A stretch of DNA of 43,572 nucleotides from Cyanobacteriota bacterium (GTDB taxonomy: Bacteria > Cyanobacteriota > Cyanobacteriia > Phormidesmidales > Phormidesmidaceae): the NCBI GenBank assembly GCA_035286245.1, contig JAYKIM010000186.1:1-43572 (forward strand), given 5' to 3'. How positions within the stretch are numbered: position 1 is the first letter of the stretch; the number at the start of each line of letters is the position of its first letter. The notes under the pieces were generated by a model. The model made no database searches, had not been told where the DNA came from, and saw only the letters and a list, made by a program, of their open reading frames with translations. Position numbers and translations under genes: made by a program. Positions 33,208-42,629 of the stretch are shown one piece after another.

Positions 33208-33471
33208 TCAACCTTCGTCCCCCACCGGGTGGGGGGGGAGAGGATTGGTGGGCCGATCGCTGCTCCAGGCCCACCAAGCGGTTCCACAGTCACCGCAGTG
33301 GTAAAACTCCTGCCACCGCCGCCGTTGATCCGCCCCGTAGACCGGCGATCGGCGATTGATCCAAACCGCCTTAGCTTGGCGGCTGCCTGCTCGGCAACGG
33401 GGGCAAGTAAAACCAGGGGTGTGGGTGGCCTGATCAACCCACTCAGGAGGAATAGCGGAAAAAGGATCCAT
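33208..33471 (-). CDS. Hypothetical Zn-ribbon protein (CPRC...CGDC), 87 aa
   Basis: MDPFSAIPPEW...FTCPRC...VWINRRSPV...RRWQEFYHCGDCGTAWWAWSSDRP, tightly spaced between ndhO and rbsK. Confidence 0.72.
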   Translation of the reverse strand: MDPFSAIPPEWVDQATHTPGFTCPRCRAGSRQAKAVWINRRSPVYGADQRRRWQEFYHCGDCGTAWWAWSSDRPTNPLPPHPVGDEG

Positions 33472-33478
33472 AGAGGAG

Positions 33479-33697
33479 CTAGAACTTCTCCAGTTGGTCA
33501 AGGCGCAACCAGATATTAGGGGTAGGCACATGGCCAAACTTCACCAGGGCGTAGTCCTCACGAATCTCCATCACCTCTCCCCGGGTTTCAAATAGATAGC
33601 TAGGGAAGCGGCGATCGCTGGCCGTGGCTTCCAAGCTGTTGTCCAGCTGCTCACGAACGGCTCGCACCAGATCGCCCCGTTTTAACGCTACTGCCAT
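33479..33697 (-). CDS. ndhO: NDH-1 complex subunit O
   Basis: LKRGDLVRAVREQLDNSLEATASDRRFPSYLFETRGEV...VPTPNIWLRLDQL. Confidence 0.93.
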   Translation of the reverse strand: MAVALKRGDLVRAVREQLDNSLEATASDRRFPSYLFETRGEVMEIREDYALVKFGHVPTPNIWLRLDQLEKF

Positions 33698-33940
33698 ACG
33701 GTTAACTCCCTTACTTGTCATACCCCTATCTTAACCATAGCCCTCCTGATCGGCACCCTACCCTGAGCCCCAAACAACGATCTAAGAGTCAGCAGAACCC
33801 TCAGCCAGTCTTTTGTTTCACCGATCCATTTATTTGCGAGCCTACGAGCCTACCCTACTTGCCGGTATAGTTATCCTGTATTTTTCCTGCTGAAAAGGCG
33901 ACCATGGGTTTTTCCTTGCCGGTCTCTCAAAAACTGGCTG

Positions 33941-34207
33941 TTGCCGATTCTGCTAGTAGCCCTGGTGGTGATCGGCTTAGGCTTAGGCCTGGCCAGCTTG
34001 CCCCCCCACCCCCCGCCGCCACCGCCGGGTTCCGTCCCCTTGAGCGGCCAGACCCCCAAGCCCAACTGGTGGAAACCGGGCTACACCGACTGGGCTAAGT
34101 CAGGCCTGGACAGTGCTATGGCCCGGATCATTCGCCTCGATCGACAGACTTTGATTCTCCAGTCCTTGATACTGGTGGTGGGGCTGGTGTTGCTCATTAA
34201 GCTGTAA
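33941..34207 (+). CDS. Small hypothetical membrane protein with poly-Pro stretch (start uncertain)
   Basis: Hydrophobic N-terminal segment, PPHPPPPPPG, hydrophobic C-terminal segment, tandem stops TAATAG. Only a TTG start is in frame. Confidence 0.5.
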   Translation: MPILLVALVVIGLGLGLASLPPHPPPPPPGSVPLSGQTPKPNWWKPGYTDWAKSGLDSAMARIIRLDRQTLILQSLILVVGLVLLIKL

Positions 34208-34246
34208 TAGGGAGGCCCCAACCTGGGCCAGATCAGTCTCTGGCGA

Positions 34247-34753
34247 CTAGGAAGACTTGACTGGCAGGCCTACCGTCTGCCGTTCATCCTCCCGCAGTAC
34301 CTGTTGTCGGCGAGCCCAAATCTGGTGGGGGATGTGGGGCGCCTCATCGGCCAGGCGATCGAGTTTCTGGCGCAGAATGGCGATCATCTCTGCCTGGGGC
34401 TGGGGGCAGGTGGCCAGCATTTCCTCGGTCTCCCGGCGCAGGGCCCCATACCTGGAGGCACTGAGGCGATGTTTCTCAGCCTTTTCGGCAAATCGGAAAA
34501 AGGTTTGGAGACTGGCGAGGGTGGCAGCCAACAGGCTGGTCAAACCGGTCGCGATCTGGAGGGTAGGATTGATGGGGGTTTGACCCATGCTGGAAAACAC
34601 CGAACTACCCACCAGGGTGGACAACACAATCACCGGAATGCCCAGGACCAGATGCAGGCGATCGCAGGCCTTAGCGGCTTCATAGTGGCAATACTGGACA
34701 AAACGAATGCGCTTATACCAGTCAGCCAAAAGTTGATCGGTAGAGAGGATCAT
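34247..34753 (-). CDS. SLATT-domain (SMODS/SLOG-associated 2TM effector) protein
   Basis: HYEAA...LHLVLGIPVIVLSTLVGSSVF (TM1), IATGLTSLLAATLASLQTFFRF (TM2), then AEKAEKHRLSASRYGALRRE, a characteristic SLATT pattern. Confidence 0.78.
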   Translation of the reverse strand: MILSTDQLLADWYKRIRFVQYCHYEAAKACDRLHLVLGIPVIVLSTLVGSSVFSSMGQTPINPTLQIATGLTSLLAATLASLQTFFRFAEKAEKHRLSASRYGALRRETEEMLATCPQPQAEMIAILRQKLDRLADEAPHIPHQIWARRQQVLREDERQTVGLPVKSS

Positions 34754-34790
34754 CTGCCACCAGGGGTAAGGGATGGAGCCTGAATCCAGT

Positions 34791-35639
34791 TTAGCGTTGA
34801 CAGCGAGGACAGTAGTGGGCCGATCTCCCAGCCAACTTCAACCGCCGAATTGGGGTCTGACAAACTCGACAGGGCCGATCCTCGCGATCGTAGACCCAGG
34901 CCACACCGCCATAGTTGCCGTTAATGCCATAGATATCCCGGTAGTCGCTGAAGCTGGTGCCCCCCGACTCAATGCTGGTGGTTAGCACCTGTAGGATGGC
35001 CCCATGGAGGTGACTTAAACGGGATGGCCCCAGGCGCTGACTGGCGGTGGTGGGGCGAATACCGCTCAAAAACAGGGCTTCATCCGCATAGATATTACCC
35101 AGGCCGGCCACCAGGCGCTGATCCAGCAGGGCGTTTTTAATCGGTCGCTGGCTGCCCCGCAGCCGTTGTCCTAAATACTCGGGGCTAAACTCCGGGGCAA
35201 AGGGCTCCGGTCCCAGCCCCTGCAAACCGGTAATCACGGCCTGGAGAGGTTGACCAGGGGGAACCCACCAGAGGCGTCCAAAGGTGCGTTGATCGAGAAA
35301 ACGGAGCTCCCGATCGCCCTGGAGAAAAAACCGCGCCCGACAGTGGACGCTAACCGGGGTAGCTGGGTCAAGCCAGAGCAATTGACCGGTCATCCGCAGG
35401 TGTACCCCCAGGTAACCCGCCCCCTCACCATCCTCCCGGGCCAGCTCCCCCAGCAGATACTTACCCCGCCGATGCCAGCCGGCAAAGCAGGCGTCCCTAA
35501 TGCCCCGCCAGAAGTCAGCGGCTCCATCAGGGGCAGCCAGGCTGCGGGGTAGCAGCAGATCAACCCCCCGAATCGGTTGATGCAGGGTGACCCGGTTCAA
35601 GCCCCGGCAAACGGTTTCCACCTCAGGCAGCTCAGGCAC
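34791..35639 (-). CDS. mutM: Formamidopyrimidine-DNA glycosylase
   Basis: GTG start gives the required N-terminal PELPEVETV. Motifs RRGKYL, HLRMTG, GLGPEP, LLDQRLVAGLGNIYADE, Zn finger CRVC..CPRCQ. Confidence 0.96.
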   Translation of the reverse strand: MPELPEVETVCRGLNRVTLHQPIRGVDLLLPRSLAAPDGAADFWRGIRDACFAGWHRRGKYLLGELAREDGEGAGYLGVHLRMTGQLLWLDPATPVSVHCRARFFLQGDRELRFLDQRTFGRLWWVPPGQPLQAVITGLQGLGPEPFAPEFSPEYLGQRLRGSQRPIKNALLDQRLVAGLGNIYADEALFLSGIRPTTASQRLGPSRLSHLHGAILQVLTTSIESGGTSFSDYRDIYGINGNYGGVAWVYDREDRPCRVCQTPIRRLKLAGRSAHYCPRCQR

Positions 35640-35646
35640 AGGGGCT

Positions 35647-38403
35647 TCAACCCGATCCAGGGGGAGTGGGTTCCGCCTTAGTCTTGCCGGTCGCCTTAGG
35701 GGATCGCTTAGTACTGGAGGTCTTGCTGGCGGCGGCGGTTTTTGTCGTGCCCCTGGCCTTGGTTTTGCGGGCAGTGGTGCCGCTGCCCGCCTTGGTAGTC
35801 CGGCTGGTTTTAGAGGTGCCGGAGGCGGTACCCGCTTTGCCCTTTTTAGCCTTAGTTCCCTTGCTGGTAGCCTTAGCCCCAATCCAAGTCAGGGCTTGCT
35901 CCAGGGTAATGGCTTCGATTTCCAACCCCTCAGGAACCGAGGCATTCACCTTGCCATGCTTAACGTAAAGACCGTAGGGCCCATTAAACACCGCAATCGT
36001 CTCCCCATCCTCCGGATGGGGTCCCAACTCCTTGAGGGGTTCCACCTTGCGGCGACCACGCCCGGTCTTGGGTTGGGCCAGTAACTCCAGGGCCCGTTCC
36101 AGGCTAATGGTGAGCACATCATCCTCCCCCTTGAGGGAACGGTAGTCCCGCCCTTCCTTGCCCTGATCATGCACTACATAGGGTCCAAACCGGCCCTGGC
36201 TGGCTTTGATCGGCGCGCCACTGTCTGGATGAACCCCCAACAGCCGGGGTAGGCGCAGCAGCCCCACGGCGGTCTCCAGGGTGAGCTGCTCGGGGGATAA
36301 CCCCTTGGGTAAGGAGGCTCGCTTGGGATTGGGGTTGTCCTCCGTGCTATCCCCCAACTGCACGTAGGGACCGTAGGGGCCAATCCGCAGGTAGATGGGC
36401 TCGCCGGTATCGGGGTGCAGCCCCACCTGATCTGGGCCTTCTACCTTTTGCCTGATGATGCGCTCGATCTGGTCCTCGTCTAAATCGGCGGGGGGCACAT
36501 CCACAGGAATGGAGGCTCGCACCGCTTCGCCGTCGGTGTCCAGCTCAATGTAGGGCCCATAGCGGCCAATCCTCACCTTGGCGGCCAGGTCGTTGAGCAG
36601 CACCGTGCGGGCAGCGGCGGCATCAATTTCCGTCTCCCGGACCTGAACCTGCTGCTCTAGCCCCTGTTCGCCACCGTAGAAAGTCCTCAGGTAGGGTAAC
36701 CAGTCCACCTCGCCGGTGGAGATCTCATCCAGGGTTTGCTCCATCCGGGCGGTAAATTGCACATCCACCAAGTCGGGGAAGTTTTGCTCCAGAAGGGCGG
36801 TGACCGCAAAGGCGGTGAAGGTGGGGATGAGACTGTTGTTAACCAGCCGCACGTAGCCGCGATCGATGATGGTGCCAATCACCGTGGCGTAGGTGCTGGG
36901 CCGACCAATTCCTTCGCTTTCCAGCACTTTGACCAGGGTGGCTTCAGTGTAGCGGGCGGGGGGTTGGGTTTCGTGGCCGATCGCCTCCAATTGGGCACAG
37001 GTGAGGGCATCAGCGGTGGCTAGGGGGGGCAGAAGCACCTCCTGGTCCTCCAGGGCCGCCTCCGGATCGTCAGACCCCTCCACGTAGGCGCGGAAGAAGC
37101 CCGGGAAGTCAATGCGTTTGCCGGTGGCCCGAAACACCGCCTCCTCCACCTCGATGGAAGCGGTGATATGGGTTTGGCGAGCCTCCGCCATCTGACTGGC
37201 CACGGTACGCTTCCAGATCAGATCGTAGAGGGCGGCTTCCCGACCGGTTAACCCGGTTTCCTGGGGCGTTCTAAAGGTGCTGCCCGCCGGGCGGATGGCT
37301 TCGTGGGCCTCCTGGGCCCCCTTGCTTTTAGTGGCATACTGGCGGGGCTTGGGACTCAGGTAAGCACTGCCATAGCGAGACTCCACGCAGGCCCGGGCGG
37401 CGGCGATCGCCTGCTCTGAGAGGTGCACGGAGTCGGTCCGCATGTAGGTGATGTAACCCTGTTCGTAGAGGTTTTGGGCCACCCGCATGGTATCTCGAGC
37501 CGATAGGCGTAACTTGCGATTGGCCTCCTGCTGCAGGGTGGAGGTGGTAAAGGGAGGGGCCGGTTTACGGGTGGAGGGCCGTTCCTCCAAACCACTGACC
37601 GTCCAGACCGCGGATTGCAGCCGAGCTTGCAGATCCTGGGCACGGACCTCGTCCAGCAACACCACCTGGCGGCCCTGGGCAACTTGCCCCGTGGCCTCGT
37701 CAAAGTCACTGCCATTGGCTAAGCGGGTGCCACCCAGGCTATGCAGTTTTGCCTCAAAGGCGGACCGGTCCTTCAGCAGGGTCGCCTTTAAATCCCAGTA
37801 AGACCCCTTACGGAAGGCCCGGCGTTCCTTCTCCCGGTTCACCACCAACTTCACCGCCACCGACTGCACCCGACCCGCCGACAGGCCGCCAGCAATTTTC
37901 TTCCAAAGTAGGGGGGATAGGGTATAACCCACCAGGCGGTCCAGAATACGTCGAGTTTCCTGGGCATGGACCAGTTGGTCATCAATGGTGCGACAGTTCT
38001 GTAAAGCGACCTGTATGGCTTCCTGGGTAATCTCGTGGAACACCATCCGTTTGGTGGGCACCTTTGGGTTCAAAACCTGTAGCAGATGCCAACTAATGCT
38101 TTCCCCTTCCCGGTCTTCGTCCGTGGCCAGCACCAGTTCATCCGCCTGCTTCAGGGCATCCTGAAGGGTTTTCACCACCTTCTTCTTATCACTGGGAATG
38201 ATGTAAAGGGGAGCAAAGTCCGCCTCTGGATTAACCCCCAGTTGCGCCCATTTCTCCCGCTTCACACTGGCAGGAATCTCGCTAGCGGAGCGGGGTAAAT
38301 CTCGCACATGGCCCATGGAGGCTTCGACCCGATAGCCCCTCGGCAGATAGTTGCGGATGGTTTTAGCTTTAGTGGGAGATTCAACGATAACAAGGGTTGA
38401 CAT
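35647..38403 (-). CDS. topA: DNA topoisomerase I
   Basis: [55 protein letters not shown]-terminal G(R/P)(Y/F)G(P/L)Y repeats and a Lys-rich tail. Confidence 0.98.
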   Translation of the reverse strand: MSTLVIVESPTKAKTIRNYLPRGYRVEASMGHVRDLPRSASEIPASVKREKWAQLGVNPEADFAPLYIIPSDKKKVVKTLQDALKQADELVLATDEDREGESISWHLLQVLNPKVPTKRMVFHEITQEAIQVALQNCRTIDDQLVHAQETRRILDRLVGYTLSPLLWKKIAGGLSAGRVQSVAVKLVVNREKERRAFRKGSYWDLKATLLKDRSAFEAKLHSLGGTRLANGSDFDEATGQVAQGRQVVLLDEVRAQDLQARLQSAVWTVSGLEERPSTRKPAPPFTTSTLQQEANRKLRLSARDTMRVAQNLYEQGYITYMRTDSVHLSEQAIAAARACVESRYGSAYLSPKPRQYATKSKGAQEAHEAIRPAGSTFRTPQETGLTGREAALYDLIWKRTVASQMAEARQTHITASIEVEEAVFRATGKRIDFPGFFRAYVEGSDDPEAALEDQEVLLPPLATADALTCAQLEAIGHETQPPARYTEATLVKVLESEGIGRPSTYATVIGTIIDRGYVRLVNNSLIPTFTAFAVTALLEQNFPDLVDVQFTARMEQTLDEISTGEVDWLPYLRTFYGGEQGLEQQVQVRETEIDAAAARTVLLNDLAAKVRIGRYGPYIELDTDGEAVRASIPVDVPPADLDEDQIERIIRQKVEGPDQVGLHPDTGEPIYLRIGPYGPYVQLGDSTEDNPNPKRASLPKGLSPEQLTLETAVGLLRLPRLLGVHPDSGAPIKASQGRFGPYVVHDQGKEGRDYRSLKGEDDVLTISLERALELLAQPKTGRGRRKVEPLKELGPHPEDGETIAVFNGPYGLYVKHGKVNASVPEGLEIEAITLEQALTWIGAKATSKGTKAKKGKAGTASGTSKTSRTTKAGSGTTARKTKARGTTKTAAASKTSSTKRSPKATGKTKAEPTPPGSG

Positions 38404-38791
38404 AGGCGATTATCACCGACGCTCTAGCAATGGTTTAGCACTAAAAATAGAGTTATGAAATGGTTATTACCCGAATAAATCTATTAAACCCACCTCCATC
38501 TCAGGGAAATCCTTGGGTACGTGATCAATTTACTGCACAGCCAGACCCCAACAACACCGGGGATATCAAAAAAATTAACCATTCCGTGGGGTAATCGGGC
38601 AAGGCTTAAATTTTCTTAAAAAACTTCATTTTCAGGCTACCCTAAAGTCTGGCTAGCCCAACTCTACTGCGGTGCTCCATCCCCCAGTACCTCGCCAAGG
38701 CATTAGCAGGCGTGGTATAGCTTTAATAGGGTTCTCCGCCGGTTCGGACCCAATTTCAATTTACCCCTGTCAACCTCGAGGAAAAGCAACC

Positions 38792-40351
38792 ATGGACTTT
38801 GCTAACCTTGCCTCCCAGTTAAATGCTGGCACCATAGTCCCGGAGGGAGTACTCATCCTGACGATTTTAGTGATTTTGGTGGGCGATCTAATCCAGGGGC
38901 GGTCCTCCTCTGCCTGGACTCCCTACGCCGCCATCCTGGGTTGTTTGGCGGCGGTGGTTAGCTTGGCCCGCCAATGGGGGGCAGCGGATCCGGTTGGCTT
39001 CCTGGGGGCATTTACTGCCGATGACCTGGCCATTGTGTTCCGTGGCATTATCGTTTTATCCGCCGCGGTGACCGTACCCATGGCAATTCGCTATGTTGAG
39101 CAGTCCGGTACTGCCCTGGCGGAGTTCCTGGTGATCTTGCTGACCGCTACCCTGGGGGGCATGTTTCTGGCGGGCGCCAGTGAGCTGGTGATGATCTTTG
39201 TCGCCCTGGAAACCCTTAGTATTTCCTCCTATTTGCTCACCGGCTACATGAAACGGGATCCCCGCTCCAACGAAGCGGCCCTAAAATATTTACTGATTGG
39301 CGCCGCCAGTTCGGCCATTTTCCTCTACGGATCCTCCCTGTTGTACGGACTATCTGGGGGGCAAACTCGGCTAGGGGCGATAGCAGCTCACCTTTCCACT
39401 GAGGGCGGTGATCCCCCCATCGGTCTGGTGGTGGCCCTGGTGTTTGTGATTGCTGGTATTGCCTTCAAAGTTGCCGCCGTTCCTTTCCACCAGTGGACCC
39501 CCGATGTCTACGAAGGCTCCCCCACTCCGGTGGTAGCCTTTCTTTCCGTAGGATCTAAGACCGCTGGTTTTGCCCTGGCCATTCGCCTGCTGGTGGCCGC
39601 CTTCCCCCTGGTGACAGAGCAGTGGCACTTTGTTTTTACCGCCCTGGCAGTGCTGAGCATGGTGTTGGGCAACGTGGTAGCCCTGGCCCAAACCAGCATG
39701 AAACGGCTACTGGCCTACTCCTCCATTGGCCAGGCAGGGTTCTTGATGATAGGTTTGGTGGTGGGTACGGATGCCGGCTATGCCAGCATGATTTACTACC
39801 TGCTGGTCTACCTCTTTATGAACCTGGGGGGCTTTATCTGTGTCATTCTTTTCGCCCTGCGCACCGGCACCGATCAGATCAGCGAGTATAGCGGTCTCTA
39901 TCAAAAGGATCCGCTGCTGACCCTGGCCCTGAGCATTTGCCTACTCTCCCTGGGGGGCATTCCTCCCCTGGCTGGCTTCTTTGGCAAAATCTATATTTTC
40001 TGGGCGGGTTGGCAGGCCGGAGCCTACGGCCTGGTGTTGGTGGGGTTGGTCACCAGTGTAATCTCCATCTATTACTACATCCGCGTAGTTAAGATGATGG
40101 TGGTCAAGGAACCCCAGGAAATGTCAGAGGTGGTGAAAAATTATCCCGCCATCCGCTGGGATCTGCCAGGCCTGAGGCCGCTGCAGGTCACCCTGGTGTT
40201 GATGGTGGTAGCCACATCCCTGGCTGGCATCCTGTCTAATCCTCTGTTTACCCTGGCCAATGATGCCGTGGTGCGAACCCCTCTGTTAAATCCTTCCCTG
40301 GTCAGTCATCTGTCCACCAGTCCGGTGATCAGCATGGCCAGGGTTGATTAA
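38792..40351 (+). CDS. ndhB: NDH-1 complex subunit 2 (NuoN homologue)
   Basis: Start at [18 protein letters not shown]. Motifs [59 protein letters not shown]. Confidence 0.96.
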   Translation: MDFANLASQLNAGTIVPEGVLILTILVILVGDLIQGRSSSAWTPYAAILGCLAAVVSLARQWGAADPVGFLGAFTADDLAIVFRGIIVLSAAVTVPMAIRYVEQSGTALAEFLVILLTATLGGMFLAGASELVMIFVALETLSISSYLLTGYMKRDPRSNEAALKYLLIGAASSAIFLYGSSLLYGLSGGQTRLGAIAAHLSTEGGDPPIGLVVALVFVIAGIAFKVAAVPFHQWTPDVYEGSPTPVVAFLSVGSKTAGFALAIRLLVAAFPLVTEQWHFVFTALAVLSMVLGNVVALAQTSMKRLLAYSSIGQAGFLMIGLVVGTDAGYASMIYYLLVYLFMNLGGFICVILFALRTGTDQISEYSGLYQKDPLLTLALSICLLSLGGIPPLAGFFGKIYIFWAGWQAGAYGLVLVGLVTSVISIYYYIRVVKMMVVKEPQEMSEVVKNYPAIRWDLPGLRPLQVTLVLMVVATSLAGILSNPLFTLANDAVVRTPLLNPSLVSHLSTSPVISMARVD

Positions 40352-40388
40352 TCTGCCATCTCCCCCTTGACCTTCTTCCCCCTGTTGC

Positions 40389-41873
40389 ATGGACACTCAG
40401 CGTTGTGATGCTCTACTGGTGGGCGGAGGCATTATGGGAGCTACCCTGGCCACCCTGCTGCGCCAGGTCGATCCCAACCTCCAGGTGGTAGTGGTGGAAC
40501 GGCTTATGGATCTGGCGGCCGAAAGCACCGCCGCCATGAATAATGCCGGTACCGGCCATGCCGCCAACTGCGAGCTGAACTATACACCGGTGAACCGGGA
40601 TGGCTCCCTATCGATCGACCAGGCCCTGGCGATCAATCTAGCCTTTGAGCGCAGCCTAGAGTTTTGGAGTGGGCTAGTGGAACAGGGCCTGCTGAGCGAT
40701 CCCGCTCACTTTATTCGACCGGTGCCCCACCTCAGTTTTGTCTGGGGCGAGGAGAATGTGGCCTTTCTGCAGCACCGTTATCAGCGGCTCAGCGCCCTAC
40801 CCCAGTTTGCCGACATGGCCTGGGGGCGAGATCGCCAGGAGTTGCAGGAGTGGATGCCCCTGGTAATGGGGGGGCGATCCCCGGATCAACCGGTGGCCGC
40901 CACCCGGGTGGAACGGGGCACCGATATCAACTTTGGTAGCCTCAGTCGGTTGCTGTTAGAGGGCTTAGAGCGGCGGGGGCTGAGTTTATTGCGGGGCTGG
41001 CAGGTGATTAACCTCAGGCGTCAGACCCCCGAGGCCCCTGAATGGCAGGTGGAGGCCCACAACAGTCAGGGAGCGGAGATCACCTTCCAGACCCCCTTTG
41101 TCTTCCTCGGGGCAGGGGGGGGGACCCTGTCCCTATTGCAGCGATCGGGGATTCCTGAGGCCAGGGTGTATGGTGCCTTTCCGGTCAGCGGGCAGTGGCT
41201 GGTGTGCCACAACCCCCAGGTGATTGCAGCCCACCACGCCAAGGTCTACGGCAAAGCCGCCCTGGGGGCGCCGCCAATCTCCGTGCCCCACCTGGATACT
41301 CGCTGGATTGAGGGCCGTCAAGCCCTGCTGTTTGGCCCCTATGCCGGCTTCAGCAGCCGTTTTCTAAAGCGCGGTTCTCGCTTGGATTGGCCCCGTTCCA
41401 TGCGCCCCGGCAATCTATTGCCTACCCTGCAGGTGGGCCTGGATAACTTTCACCTGGTGCGCTACCTGGTGGGTCAGGTCGCCCAATCCATGGATCAGCG
41501 CCTGGCCAGTCTGCGTCAGTTTTTTCCCGAGGTGGATGGCGCTGATTGGAACCTGGCGGTGGCCGGTCAACGGGTACAAATTATTAAAAACATCAAGGGC
41601 CACGGCCAACTGCGCATGGGCACAGAGGTAGTCAGTAGCGGAGATGGATCCTTAGTGGCCCTACTGGGGGCCTCCCCAGGGGCCTCGACGGCGGTGGATA
41701 TTATGCTGGAGGTGCTACAGCGCCATTTCCCCACGGCCCTGGCCACCCCAGCCTGGCAAGGGCGGCTACGCCAGCTACTCCCCTCCTGGGGAGAGAACCT
41801 GGGTCAAAATCCTGAATTGTTAGCCCGTTGTCGGCAACGCCATAACACCATTCTGGAGTTACACCCCGAGTAA
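40389..41873 (+). CDS. mqo: Malate:quinone oxidoreductase
   Basis: FAD motif LLVGGGIMGATL, NNAGTGHAANCELNYTP, FPVSGQWL, HHAKVYGKA, SVPHLDTR, AGQRVQIIK, LLGASPGASTA. Confidence 0.95.
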   Translation: MDTQRCDALLVGGGIMGATLATLLRQVDPNLQVVVVERLMDLAAESTAAMNNAGTGHAANCELNYTPVNRDGSLSIDQALAINLAFERSLEFWSGLVEQGLLSDPAHFIRPVPHLSFVWGEENVAFLQHRYQRLSALPQFADMAWGRDRQELQEWMPLVMGGRSPDQPVAATRVERGTDINFGSLSRLLLEGLERRGLSLLRGWQVINLRRQTPEAPEWQVEAHNSQGAEITFQTPFVFLGAGGGTLSLLQRSGIPEARVYGAFPVSGQWLVCHNPQVIAAHHAKVYGKAALGAPPISVPHLDTRWIEGRQALLFGPYAGFSSRFLKRGSRLDWPRSMRPGNLLPTLQVGLDNFHLVRYLVGQVAQSMDQRLASLRQFFPEVDGADWNLAVAGQRVQIIKNIKGHGQLRMGTEVVSSGDGSLVALLGASPGASTAVDIMLEVLQRHFPTALATPAWQGRLRQLLPSWGENLGQNPELLARCRQRHNTILELHPE

Positions 41874-42073
41874 CTTGGCTGCAGGCGGTTCCACCCCAAT
41901 GTCTGGAATTCTCGAGGCTAGAGCGTTGCGGCTGTATGACAGGTAGATAGGATAACAGCCCAAGGGGAGACATTGCCTGGGGTCAGAGACCTGGGTAACT
42001 GCTGGGTCCTGACCCTTGAACTATGGATTCCCTACCTATCAGGGTCTTCCGGTTGAGGTTGATAACCGGCCAT

Positions 42074-42424
42074 CTACTCCGGAGAATAAAAGTCCGTAGA
42101 CTCTTCGTCGATATCGGTGTCAGTGTCGGCTTCGGCGGCGATGTAGCTGCGGTAGTACTCCTCCAGGTCAGCGGCACTGATGGAGCGTTCCGAGGGGTTC
42201 TCGAAGAATGCCTTCACCTTTAGGTACCGACGTAGCCCGTCCGCCCCAGCATCGTGCTGGGTGGCGGCCTTAAAGTCCTCCGGTAGGCTATCGCTAATCT
42301 CCAGCCAGGCCTCCTCCAGGATATCTTCTACATCCTCGTTGGGAGCGTTGTCGATCAGCGTCTCTAAGCCATCGAGAATGTCAATCAGGGCAAGAATTTC
42401 TGGCAGCTGCTCCGAGTCAGACAT
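42074..42424 (-). CDS. Very acidic hypothetical protein (116 aa)
   Basis: Start at MSDSEQLPEIL. By hand count 33 Asp/Glu versus 7 Lys/Arg, with an amphipathic helical pattern. Confidence 0.7.
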   Translation of the reverse strand: MSDSEQLPEILALIDILDGLETLIDNAPNEDVEDILEEAWLEISDSLPEDFKAATQHDAGADGLRRYLKVKAFFENPSERSISAADLEEYYRSYIAAEADTDTDIDEESTDFYSPE

Positions 42425-42629
42425 TGAGCGGGGGATGGATAAAACCAATGGATATGTAAAAAATTTTAACGGAGGATGGTCCACGGCGATCGCCGGATTA
42501 CCATCGGCCTGTTGGTCTCCACCCCAGCCTCGCCTCTGCCCTGGGGCCCCAGCCCTAGGCGCCCTTGATTAGTAACATCGGTGTTGTTAAAGTCAACACT
42601 GTACCCATTCTCTGGCTTTCCCTAGTCCT

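Noticed and set aside
35640-35882. Pro/Arg-rich N-terminal extension of mutM overlapping topA
   Set aside because: Fpg needs a free N-terminal Pro (PELPEV), so GTG at 35639 is the start. The extension is an alternate frame of the low-complexity topA tail.
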